Part shown: piece after piece, positions 14,368 to 23,412 of the stretch
Position numbering within the stretch: the first letter of the stretch is position 1
How the letters are laid out: every line of letters starts with the position of its first letter
DNA from: a virus
Taxonomy: Duplodnaviria > Caudoviricetes
Virus record (IMG/VR): IMGVR_UViG_3300047400_000297
Span: 1 to 37,991 of that record
DNA: 37,991 nt
Strand: one strand, 5' to 3'
Program-made: the position numbers and the translations under genes
The notes under the pieces: generated by a model
Database searches by the model: none
What the model saw: the letters and a program-made list of their open reading frames with translations, nothing else
Told to the model about the DNA's origin: nothing

Positions 14368-16619
14368 AAGATTGCCCTCAAGATTTTAATTAACCAACTG
14401 TTTCGTTTTGGAGACGTTGTAGGTGGAGGCGGTGCGCCTTCACTTTCTAAATAACCCATGTCTGGCGCAGTGCCCATATACTTGGCGCCACTATAGGTTG
14501 TGTTTACTCCCTTGATAATTTTGCCGCCATCAATGGGGCCATTTTCAGCATTTAAATTAAGGTCAAATGCCTTTGATGTTACAGTGTCGGCAAAAGCATT
14601 TATTCCAGTAATGATGCGGCCATTATTTTCCCAGCCAATATTGCCAGACAATAATGCCTTAGAATAAATCCTGTTGTTCCACTTAAAAATTGTGGTAGTT
14701 GTTCCGCCAAGCGCGTCATAATCAAAGTAATTTGAGGTTGTGTCGCGTTCGTTGGCGCCATTTACTGCGTATGTGTATCCAGCATAGATGTTATTGTAAG
14801 ACTTAAAGTTTCTTGTGACACTGTCTGATGCAGCGTTATCAAATGGATACGCGTGGCCACCGGACGTAGTTGGCTCGCGCTGCCCAACTAATGTGTTGTG
14901 CATCGCAACTACAATTCCATCTGCTTTTGGGGATAAATATCCGTGCTTAATGCCGCCATCAAATCCCCAACCAAGATTACCGATGATAAAGGTTGGGCCT
15001 GTCTCAGTAGGTGCCACCGAAATAACGTGGCCAGTATTGTTAATCCTGTTTCGGATTACTAATGAATTGATTGAATGGCTTAAGTCAAGTTCAATGGCGT
15101 CGTCATTAATGTATGAGATGTTATTGAAATCGATTTCTCCCCAGCATCCAGTTAAGGTATCAGATTCAGAGGATGAACCGCTTCCAGTTTGAATACCATT
15201 GCATACTTGTGTAATTGAGTTGTTCCAAATGATTGGCCGGCTTACCGACAATAAAATGCCGTTAATGCCTTCTTCCATTCTGCCCTTAGTTTCAGAATAG
15301 TAGAGCTTGCCAATGCCAATTCCATTAATAGAATTAGATTCAACGTACACTGAATCAGCACGGCCATTGCCTGCCCACAATGGCGCATAAATAGCAGCAT
15401 CAGACATGCCATAAAAATTATTTGAAACAATGCGCGTCGCCGAGACAGGCGTGGCAAACGCTCCAATCTCAATGCAATGGCCGTGTTTGCTTGGATTTGG
15501 ATCGTAATTGCTTACGGTTGTTAATGGACCTCCAGCATATTGAAACTTAAATCCATAGATGGTCCACTTAGATGCCGTTACCTTAACTAAATCGCTTCGG
15601 TATCCAAGATAAATTGGAAGTTCAGGCGACGCCGGGTTGTCTCCAGTAGGGCCATTCTGGCTAAACGTTCGAACAAACAACGTGTCGCCATTTACATACC
15701 AACCTTCTCGCGCCGGAGTTGCTGGAGTTGCACCAACAGAAGCAACATAACAAGAGTCTGCTAACAGCGCCTTCTTGCTGGTGCGGCGTACAGCATATGT
15801 TGGATTTGGAAATCCATTAGCGTCTTGTGCCAAGACAACTAATGAAATGGAATCAGACATTGTGGCCGCAGTGGTGTACCAAATACCACCGTTGCCATTA
15901 TATGGCGACAGCGAATAAAGATTAAATGAAACAGGAGCGGACTCCCAAGATTCATATGCGCCACAGATGATTGGCTTTGCATTGTTTGCGTCAACAACGC
16001 CAATTAATCCGCGGTATTGCGTGCCAGATCCATTTAATACAACGTTCTCATGATAATGCCCACTAAGAACGTAAACGTTTCCTGGATTGCCACTTGCAGT
16101 TAATGCATTTACGGCGGCTTGAATTGTCTTTTTGGGGCCGCTGCCGGTAGCGCATGTTCCGGACTTTCTATCTTGACAAAGTCCGTCATATGAATCATTG
16201 CCATTAGTTCCGTCTACATAATAACTTACAGCTCCAGCAACGTTTGCATAAAAATAACTCTTATCAAGGGTGCGCATGCTGGTAAATGGCGTCTTAAATG
16301 TTGATGCGCCATCACGGACTACAACCTTGCACCAATAATCTGTGTTAGGATTTAACCACAACATGCGCCCTTCATACTTCTTTGTCCCAACTCGGCGGTA
16401 CATAGTCATGCCAGTATCACATGCAGTTGTGTCACGCCCATAAAAAATCTTGCATACTGCAGACGTATCATCATCACCACCTAATGAAGCGGATACAGCA
16501 ATTGATCGCACATTAGGTACTGATTGCATTGTGATTGACGTGACTGCGTTGCCGGCTAGTGCGTCGCTGGCCAGAAGGCCAGCGACGACAAGCACGGCAG
16601 TAAGTAGCCGCTTAATCAT
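14364..16619 (-). CDS. Right-handed parallel beta-helix (pectate-lyase-like) protein with Sec signal peptide
   Basis: MIKR-LLTAVLVVAGLL-ASDALA/G. FN3-like LNPNTDY. YYVDGTNGND...PKKTIQAA. I..N.I repeats, DDAIELD, APDMGYLE. Confidence 0.8.
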   Translation of the reverse strand: MIKRLLTAVLVVAGLLASDALAGNAVTSITMQSVPNVRSIAVSASLGGDDDTSAVCKIFYGRDTTACDTGMTMYRRVGTKKYEGRMLWLNPNTDYWCKVVVRDGASTFKTPFTSMRTLDKSYFYANVAGAVSYYVDGTNGNDSYDGLCQDRKSGTCATGSGPKKTIQAAVNALTASGNPGNVYVLSGHYHENVVLNGSGTQYRGLIGVVDANNAKPIICGAYESWESAPVSFNLYSLSPYNGNGGIWYTTAATMSDSISLVVLAQDANGFPNPTYAVRRTSKKALLADSCYVASVGATPATPAREGWYVNGDTLFVRTFSQNGPTGDNPASPELPIYLGYRSDLVKVTASKWTIYGFKFQYAGGPLTTVSNYDPNPSKHGHCIEIGAFATPVSATRIVSNNFYGMSDAAIYAPLWAGNGRADSVYVESNSINGIGIGKLYYSETKGRMEEGINGILLSVSRPIIWNNSITQVCNGIQTGSGSSSESDTLTGCWGEIDFNNISYINDDAIELDLSHSINSLVIRNRINNTGHVISVAPTETGPTFIIGNLGWGFDGGIKHGYLSPKADGIVVAMHNTLVGQREPTTSGGHAYPFDNAASDSVTRNFKSYNNIYAGYTYAVNGANERDTTSNYFDYDALGGTTTTIFKWNNRIYSKALLSGNIGWENNGRIITGINAFADTVTSKAFDLNLNAENGPIDGGKIIKGVNTTYSGAKYMGTAPDMGYLESEGAPPPPTTSPKRNSWLIKILRAIL

Positions 16620-16818
16620 TCAGCAGCTCCATGTTCCGATCCTGCCCCGCGAGATAGGCAAGTACTACGACGCGAGGAACATGATGGTCATTAGCGTATG
16701 CGTCCTCCATATGGGAGCGCAGCATGTTAATGAGGGGCTCTTGCGCCGCCTTAAAGGCCTCAATGGTGACAGAGCTGATGGGGCTAACAAGCATGGGATC
16801 GGCTGGATTGGTAGGCAT
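16612..16818 (-). CDS. Hypothetical protein (68 aa)
   Basis: TAATG coupling to the endolysin stop. Confidence 0.55.
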   Translation of the reverse strand: MPTNPADPMLVSPISSVTIEAFKAAQEPLINMLRSHMEDAYANDHHVPRVVVLAYLAGQDRNMELLND

Positions 16819-17312
16819 TACTTGGTCCTTGCAAAAATGTGAGAGCCAATTGAAGCAACGAGAGATGTCTTGCCAGACTTTATGCATGGTTCCTCAAACC
16901 ACTTGGGCCTGCGGCCTACCGCTGTAGGGCGGGACCAAAGACGTCGCACCACATAGTGCGTTGCTCCGGGAGCCGGATTCTCGCTTTGACCCGTAAGAGC
17001 CGATACAGCAGTAGACCAACAGGCTGCCCAAAGTGCGAGGCCTTCGGCCTCTACTGGCCGCAAAAGTTTGCCTCGATTTGGGTCTGATGGGTTGAAACAA
17101 CTGAATTGAAATGGAGTCAGGATAATCTCCTGGAGGGAGTTCCCAGAAGTCTTCCCGTTCTCCACCCGGTTCTTGGCTCGCGTGATTGGCACGAACGCCA
17201 CTGCCAACCTGCCATCTGCTGTCTCGCCGCGAGCCTCGCCCCAAACCAGCATAGCAAGGAGCGTGTCTTCGTCTTGCTCCTCGATTGGCTTTGTCTGGTC
17301 CGGGAACTTCAT
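16818..17312 (-). CDS. Endolysin, SleB/Hydrolase_2-like cell wall hydrolase
   Basis: VWGEARGE, VA.V...R, QFSCFN, GATHY, IGSHIF. Confidence 0.9.
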   Translation of the reverse strand: MKFPDQTKPIEEQDEDTLLAMLVWGEARGETADGRLAVAFVPITRAKNRVENGKTSGNSLQEIILTPFQFSCFNPSDPNRGKLLRPVEAEGLALWAACWSTAVSALTGQSENPAPGATHYVVRRLWSRPTAVGRRPKWFEEPCIKSGKTSLVASIGSHIFARTK

Positions 17313-17315
17313 TCA

Positions 17316-17534
17316 TCAAGCCTTCTTCTGCAGATTCTCGAGCAGGTGCCCAAGAACGCTGATGATGGTGCGGACACCAAGAAGGATAGCGCCCCACGCG
17401 GCCAGGCCGGTGTGATCAGTCGGCGGCGGCGCCCCCAGAAAGAGGCCGAGGCCGGCGATTAAAGCGGTGATGATGGACTTCAGGGACGACAAAAGCAACT
17501 TCTTCGCGCTGCTTAACAGGAGATTGTTCACCAT
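17316..17534 (-). CDS. Putative holin (two hydrophobic helices, basic C-terminus)
   Basis: IITALIAGLGLFLG and AAWGAILLGV..IISVLG, ends QKKA. GGAGG before ATG-GTG. Adjacent to endolysin. Confidence 0.6.
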   Translation of the reverse strand: MVNNLLLSSAKKLLLSSLKSIITALIAGLGLFLGAPPPTDHTGLAAWGAILLGVRTIISVLGHLLENLQKKA

Positions 17535-17739
17535 TCCCTCCAGGGGCTTGAGTGGATTCAACTTGCTTAAGGCGGTCAAAATGCGAATCTTCATGCTGTT
17601 CCAACCTTTCAATGCGGTGGCCCAATCCAATGAGCCGTTCCTCTAAACGACCGGCAGTATACCACACAGAACCAATCGTGCCAATGATAGAAATTACAAC
17701 GCCCAACTCCTTTAAGTTTACACCTTCAAGCTTTCTCAC
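17416..17739 (-). CDS. Membrane-anchored coiled-coil protein (lysis-associated)
   Basis: LGVVISIIGTIGSVWY followed by heptad-like RLEERL..RIERLE. C-terminus overlaps the holin-like gene. Confidence 0.55.
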   Translation of the reverse strand: MRKLEGVNLKELGVVISIIGTIGSVWYTAGRLEERLIGLGHRIERLEQHEDSHFDRLKQVESTQAPGGNGEQSPVKQREEVAFVVPEVHHHRFNRRPRPLSGGAAAD

Positions 17740-17742
17740 AAG

Positions 17743-20700
17743 TTAGTTTCCATTTCGGTTACGCCAGATATTGGCGTATTGACGAGGAAGTGCCGGGCCT
17801 TGCTCAAGTGCTTTGTTAAAGTCACCCTGCAATAAAGCGCCAATAGTGGTCTTTGCGCGCAAAGCGGCATTAGGAATAGGGCCTGTAACAACGCCAAGGC
17901 CAAGCGCTTCACTATCAGATCCAAGTGCAAGTGCCGCGTCGCCTAGATAGCCGAACATACCGATCATCATAGCGCTTTGTAACTTTTTAACGGCATCTTC
18001 TTTTTCGTTTTTAGTTGCCTTTGGGCTCTTAAATACATCAAGCATTGGCTGCAATTTATCGTAAGTCCAACCAAACGTACTGGTGTAACGTAGAATTTCT
18101 GCTGGGTTTTTAGTCTGTTTAAAGCGGCTTAACATGCCAGTAATAAAGTTTGTCTGGTGAGCAGAAAAATTCTTAAACTTTAAGAAGAATTTTCCGGCCG
18201 GAGAATTAAACATCATTTGTTGGTCAAGGATACTATTGGCAAAGTTTGACTTAATGCTTCCAATTTCAGCCACGCGCAAAAGATCAGAATGCTTTAATGC
18301 CGTGTTTGCTGGGTCAAGCAAATACGATATGTCAGTAGAATAATCCAGTTTAAATCTATCGACTAATTGCCTGGCCTTTCCTAGATTTCCAGAACGAACA
18401 TGCCTAAGAATTTCTTCTTCTTTTCCTAAAGAATCAAGCATAGCAGCCATGGCAGATTGGGCGCGCATGTTGGTATCAGACGCTTTAATGCCGCCATAAC
18501 CTAAGAAATTAAACTTTTCAAGCATCTTTGCAAACTTTGACTTGTCAGTTGTATAGTCGCCAACATTAGGAAATACGTTTGCTAACCTTGCACCAATAGA
18601 ACGCATTTCTGGGTTAGTTAAAGTTTCAGCCATTGTAGCAAATGCGTTAGCCACGCCAGCATGGGACGCCGAGTTAGCCAAGTTCATCGTTTGCACTAAT
18701 ACAGTGCGAGGACCAAGAAACATAAGATCCGCTAGCCTAGCTGCTGCGCTTACTGCACGGTCCATTGGAACTGCACCATTACCCGTGGTCAACTTATGCA
18801 GCCGAGTCAAATAGTTTAAGCCGTGAGCGGTAAGTGGGTCAAGGTCTTCCGGACGGAAATTATCGGCAACACCGTGGTTTAGCAAATAGTTTTCGCGAAT
18901 TGCCTTCCACAACTGGCCCTGTGGGCCATACCCCTTGGCAGCCCCAATCACCAACCCACTATCAGAGGCGTGCCGCGCAAAAATTTCCATAGGGTCAATG
19001 ATTGAGTCATTGGCCAAGCGCTGGATAGATTCCTCAGTCATGTTCTCAATGGGGCGGTGGCGACTGTACTGAAACCCAGCAATAACCTCGTCTGGGTCAG
19101 ACATTTCCGCTTTAGCAATAGAACGGGCTTTGCGTTCAATGTCCCTAAACAAAATCTTACGTTCCTGATCAAATGCCTTTTTATAAATAGCTTCTTGTTG
19201 TTGTGAATTAAGGCCAACCCAACTTAAACCGCTATTACTTTGTGCCCATTTTTCTGTCAGCAATGTAGCACGTGCTTCAAGTACTTTTTGTGGGATAGGC
19301 TTTACGCGGCCAGAGCGAATGCCCTCTGTAATGTTTTGGTAGATTTCGTTGTACTTGGCTTCGTACTCCGGCATACCAGCAACAATTTTGCGCGACCCAA
19401 ACTTAGTTTTAAGTGCAGCAACAGTGCGCTCGTCAAGAATTTTGTTTAAAGTTTTTTCATCGCCAAGCCCACGCATGTGCAACTCAAGTTGGTAGGCACG
19501 ATCATAGGCTTCCTTTTCAAGCCGCTTGCGCGCCTCCTTGTTGGTCAAGCTCGGCAAATAATTGAGCACCCGCTTGAGTGGCGACGTCACCGCCTGCACG
19601 AGCTCATCAACCTCACCGCCCTCGTCCGCAATCGACCGAGCCAACTTAACCAGCTTGAACTCATCAACAGGAAGATTGTCAATGGCTTCCATTTGCGCCA
19701 GCCGAGCCGGGTCCTTGACGTATTCCAGTACCGTCTTGCGCTCGGCAGCATTGAGGCGGCGCAGTGCTTGAGTATGCTCACCAATAATCTGCCTAATGCC
19801 CAGCTTTGACTTAAGGCCAAAGTCTTCCGCAAAATAATCTTGGGTCATTTTAACTGCATCGCGCAACCGCTTGGCGCGCTCCGGGTCCTTAGCCAGCAGA
19901 GCAATTTGATCTGCATTAAGGTCTAAACCCTGAGACAAACGCCACCAAATGTTGTGGTCACCAGACTCACGCCCAATCAAGTCGATAATCTTTTGGGACT
20001 TTGTCATGTAAGCTGCGCGCATGTGCGCCGTCACGGCTTCCGTGCGTTTAAGTGCCCAAGACATGTGCTCGCCAATTCCAGCAAACAATGGACTTTGTTG
20101 CAACGCGTCATGTACCTTACGATATGTGTGATTCTTAATAATTTCTAATGCGTCATCGCCAATTATACGGCGCATTCCTTCGTTTAGCATTCCCTTGCCA
20201 AACTTGACAGCACCTTCAATAGGCCGCATAAGTGGATTCTTGCTTGCTAATGTTGTTGCAGCATTAGCGGCAGTGCTGGCTGCAGTTGCATCAGATGCAA
20301 CCATTGCTGGTAATCCACCACCCACCTCTTCCACCAGCTTTGGCACAGTGCCTTGCGTGGCATCAAGTGCGGCAGCAGTTGATTCAGCTCCAGCGCCAAC
20401 AGCTTGAGCTCCAGCTCGATTAGCTCCAAGTGCGCGTGCCGCCAAATCGTCCGCGCTTTGCTCGGCACCATGGAGACCGGCGCGAGCATCGTCGATTTGG
20501 TTTAAACTGCGGGACGCACCCTCAAGGCTTTCCTCAAGAGTGCGCCCCTCCATAGCTGCTTTCTCGGTTTCCATAATGCCCTTAAGTCGGGCAATGTTTT
20601 TCATGTTCGCAAGTTTGGCTAGCTTTCCAGCTGCAATGCCTGGCAAAATAAAGTCTGCTGCTACACCAAGTGGGGTAGCAAATGGGACGTCGTGGTTTTT

Positions 20701-20871
20701 GAGAGTATCGACAAACGAGTGGCGATCGCCAATACCCTCAAGGCCAGCTTCAAATGGGTTTTCACCAGAGAGTAGACCGTCTGCAAATCCGGCCATGAAA
20801 TACTGCGGAGTGTTGAGGACATCCATTGTCTTAGTAAATAGGTTGCCCTCAAAGTAGTTTCCGTTACTCAC
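17743..20871 (-). CDS. Large internal virion (ejection) protein, putative
   Basis: 1042 aa, helical and Ala-rich. Third of three genes after the tail nozzle. Call from synteny. Confidence 0.6.
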   Translation of the reverse strand: MSNGNYFEGNLFTKTMDVLNTPQYFMAGFADGLLSGENPFEAGLEGIGDRHSFVDTLKNHDVPFATPLGVAADFILPGIAAGKLAKLANMKNIARLKGIMETEKAAMEGRTLEESLEGASRSLNQIDDARAGLHGAEQSADDLAARALGANRAGAQAVGAGAESTAAALDATQGTVPKLVEEVGGGLPAMVASDATAASTAANAATTLASKNPLMRPIEGAVKFGKGMLNEGMRRIIGDDALEIIKNHTYRKVHDALQQSPLFAGIGEHMSWALKRTEAVTAHMRAAYMTKSQKIIDLIGRESGDHNIWWRLSQGLDLNADQIALLAKDPERAKRLRDAVKMTQDYFAEDFGLKSKLGIRQIIGEHTQALRRLNAAERKTVLEYVKDPARLAQMEAIDNLPVDEFKLVKLARSIADEGGEVDELVQAVTSPLKRVLNYLPSLTNKEARKRLEKEAYDRAYQLELHMRGLGDEKTLNKILDERTVAALKTKFGSRKIVAGMPEYEAKYNEIYQNITEGIRSGRVKPIPQKVLEARATLLTEKWAQSNSGLSWVGLNSQQQEAIYKKAFDQERKILFRDIERKARSIAKAEMSDPDEVIAGFQYSRHRPIENMTEESIQRLANDSIIDPMEIFARHASDSGLVIGAAKGYGPQGQLWKAIRENYLLNHGVADNFRPEDLDPLTAHGLNYLTRLHKLTTGNGAVPMDRAVSAAARLADLMFLGPRTVLVQTMNLANSASHAGVANAFATMAETLTNPEMRSIGARLANVFPNVGDYTTDKSKFAKMLEKFNFLGYGGIKASDTNMRAQSAMAAMLDSLGKEEEILRHVRSGNLGKARQLVDRFKLDYSTDISYLLDPANTALKHSDLLRVAEIGSIKSNFANSILDQQMMFNSPAGKFFLKFKNFSAHQTNFITGMLSRFKQTKNPAEILRYTSTFGWTYDKLQPMLDVFKSPKATKNEKEDAVKKLQSAMMIGMFGYLGDAALALGSDSEALGLGVVTGPIPNAALRAKTTIGALLQGDFNKALEQGPALPRQYANIWRNRNGN

Positions 20872-22307
20872 TGGGTGCCTCCCCCAAAGTGACGGTCATA
20901 ATAGTCCATGACTTCATTTTGGCTAAAACCCCACCGGTCACGAAGAGCTTCCTTATTAAAATTCTTGTCATGCTTAAGCAAATTCAACATGTCCTTGCGA
21001 CTCTTCGGAATTTTGGCGGCATCAAGCTGCGTAAACATTTCGGCAAACAGCGAATCCGGATCAACTGGCTGCACGCCATCCGGATTGTTGTATGCGGATA
21101 ATTGATTATTTGACAACGCTTGCATCATGCGCAGCGAACGAGTAAGCCTGGTTTGATAATAAGACCGCTGCTTTTCATCTTTAGTGTTGTTAACTAAGTT
21201 TTGTAAGCGCTCTGTCAGTGTTGTTAACGTGCTAAGATCATTTTTTGAACGCTCCATCGAGCGGTTCCACAAACGGTCTTGCGCTCGCTCCGAGCGATCA
21301 GCCGCTCGTTCAGCACGTTGCTCAGCCAGCTGCTGCTGGAAATGCGACTCACTCATAAGCATTTCAGCGCGCTTTTGCGTCCACTCACCAGCACGCGCAT
21401 ATTGAATAGCACGAGCGTTGTCACCACTCTTGTCATAAAGTTCAGAGGCGCGGCGGTACTTCTCAGTCAGCAACTGGTACTTGCGAATGTTTTGGTCGCG
21501 CATACCCTGCAGCTTGGACTGCATAAGTTGGCTTGCCTGGCCAGGAGTGTCAAGGTTTGGGTTTAAGACCTTGGCGATGTTAGCAGCCAGCATTGTGAAC
21601 ATCTGGTTCTTGGAATCAATCTCGGGTGGCGGCGCGTTGGCCTCTTTCTGCATGTCCGACCACGCTTGATTGGCCTCGCCTTCAAAACGATCTCGGCGCT
21701 TAATGTCTTCGTCTTGGATGGCTTTTTGTTTTGCGTCAATGTCATCATAGAGAGAGCTGATGTAGGTGTTGTTGTATCGGCCGCTTACACCATTTGAATT
21801 ATTAACACCAGCGGCGCCACTTACATTAGTGCCAGAATTTGCCTTTGTGATTACTTTATTTGCTGTTGCTGTAACACCTTTGTCATTAAGAATTTGGGTG
21901 TATGTGTTTGGATACATCATACTTTTGTAATCATTAGAGTCTTGTAAGACTCCATTAATTGTTTGCCTATATGGATGATTTCCAAATACATTGCCTACAT
22001 CTAAAATTTGATTCCAAAGGTGCCCCAAAAATGGGCCTACAAATTGGTGAACGTTTCTAATTCCACCCCATAATGGATTGTTTACTTCATTTTCTGGTGT
22101 AGGGCTTCCCCACCGCTTATAATATTCAGTATTAAGTGCAGTATCTTGCGCAAAAAATGGATTTTGTGTATTAGGCCGGCCTGGAATATTGTAATTACTA
22201 GAATTAAATTTTGGAATAACGCCATTAATCCGATATTGCATGTCATAAATGTCTTGATCAGACACATTGGCATATGGATTAGTTGGGTCATAATTGTATG
22301 ATGCCAT
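20868..22307 (-). CDS. Internal virion protein, putative
   Basis: 479 aa, Asn/Tyr-rich N-terminus, coiled-coil C-half. Synteny. Confidence 0.55.
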   Translation of the reverse strand: MASYNYDPTNPYANVSDQDIYDMQYRINGVIPKFNSSNYNIPGRPNTQNPFFAQDTALNTEYYKRWGSPTPENEVNNPLWGGIRNVHQFVGPFLGHLWNQILDVGNVFGNHPYRQTINGVLQDSNDYKSMMYPNTYTQILNDKGVTATANKVITKANSGTNVSGAAGVNNSNGVSGRYNNTYISSLYDDIDAKQKAIQDEDIKRRDRFEGEANQAWSDMQKEANAPPPEIDSKNQMFTMLAANIAKVLNPNLDTPGQASQLMQSKLQGMRDQNIRKYQLLTEKYRRASELYDKSGDNARAIQYARAGEWTQKRAEMLMSESHFQQQLAEQRAERAADRSERAQDRLWNRSMERSKNDLSTLTTLTERLQNLVNNTKDEKQRSYYQTRLTRSLRMMQALSNNQLSAYNNPDGVQPVDPDSLFAEMFTQLDAAKIPKSRKDMLNLLKHDKNFNKEALRDRWGFSQNEVMDYYDRHFGGGTQ

Positions 22308-23236
22308 TACCGACCCCCATATAATTGATTAAAACCACCACTAGTATCCCAACCATTGTATTCACTATAATTAGGAACATAAAAATTGTGATAGAATGGC
22401 TTATTAAAATCAGTGTTAATTAATCCAGAAGAAAACTTGTTTTGTAATTGTGGCCAATAAAAGTTACTAGTATTATTTTGTGGGCGGCGGCCAAAACGAG
22501 ACCTTAACTCATTAAACCGCTGTGCATTTGGAAATACTGGTTGACTTTGTTGCGCCATGTAATTTGGATATGCAAATTTTGACCCTGTCGCTTGTGCTAC
22601 TGTTGTTCCAGCACCAACTGGCTTATTTGTATTAGTGTTGGTGGTAGTGGTGGTATCAGTTGGCTTAGGGAACTTTGCGTTAAGGAAAGCCGGAAGGAAA
22701 GCGCCGACAGTGGCGCCAAACATGTCTCGGGCCATGCTGTTAACAGGGCCACCTCGCATGATAGCATCAGCGCGAGCCTGCTGGATTTGCAAGGCGCGCT
22801 CCATGGCATCGTTGGCAAGGCCGCCCATCATGCGGCCCATTTGCACATCAGGCGACGCAAGAGCCGACCCCAAAAACCCTAGGCCAACACCAGACCGTAA
22901 AAGTCCAGTCTGCGCCAACGAATTGTTAATTCCGTTCATGGCGGTTTGCCCACCTTGTACCATTTGAGATCGCGCAGCAGCTATTGCCGGGTTGTTCATT
23001 AAATTTGCTAATTGCGTTGCACGCTCGTTTTCAATTGCGTTTGGCTCTAACAATGCCTGTGCGCGTTTACGCATGCTAACAAGGTCTTCACCGCCGCCGC
23101 CAAAAATACTGCCAAGAAGTGTCGGAAGTACAAGACTTAATGCTGTTCCCCATGGGCCTCCTAAAATTGCACCAAGCCCACCGGCCCCTAAATTTAAAAC
23201 ATCTTTACTATCTGGCGCTGTAAAAGTTGCAGCCAT
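22307..23236 (-). CDS. Internal virion / DNA-injection protein, putative
   Basis: Gly-rich hydrophobic N-terminus (GAGGLGAILGGPWG), Gln/Ala-rich helix, GLLRSG motif. Synteny. Confidence 0.6.
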   Translation of the reverse strand: MAATFTAPDSKDVLNLGAGGLGAILGGPWGTALSLVLPTLLGSIFGGGGEDLVSMRKRAQALLEPNAIENERATQLANLMNNPAIAAARSQMVQGGQTAMNGINNSLAQTGLLRSGVGLGFLGSALASPDVQMGRMMGGLANDAMERALQIQQARADAIMRGGPVNSMARDMFGATVGAFLPAFLNAKFPKPTDTTTTTNTNTNKPVGAGTTVAQATGSKFAYPNYMAQQSQPVFPNAQRFNELRSRFGRRPQNNTSNFYWPQLQNKFSSGLINTDFNKPFYHNFYVPNYSEYNGWDTSGGFNQLYGGR

Positions 23237-23238
23237 AA

Positions 23239-23412
23239 TTATTGGTCCTTTGGCTTTGCGATATTACTATCGTCATTAATAGATGGCATCTTGTTTTCAG
23301 AAATGCGCTTAATAGCAGCAGTTAATTCTGTAAGATGTTTACTAATATCTTCAACAGCAACTCGCTGTTGATCCTTAAATGCATTATTGTTGATGCCCTT
23401 CCACTCACGCAC
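23239..23412 (-). CDS. Hypothetical protein (57 aa)
   Basis: GTG start after GGAGAGG, overlapping the nozzle gene stop. Confidence 0.5.
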   Translation of the reverse strand: MREWKGINNNAFKDQQRVAVEDISKHLTELTAAIKRISENKMPSINDDSNIAKPKDQ

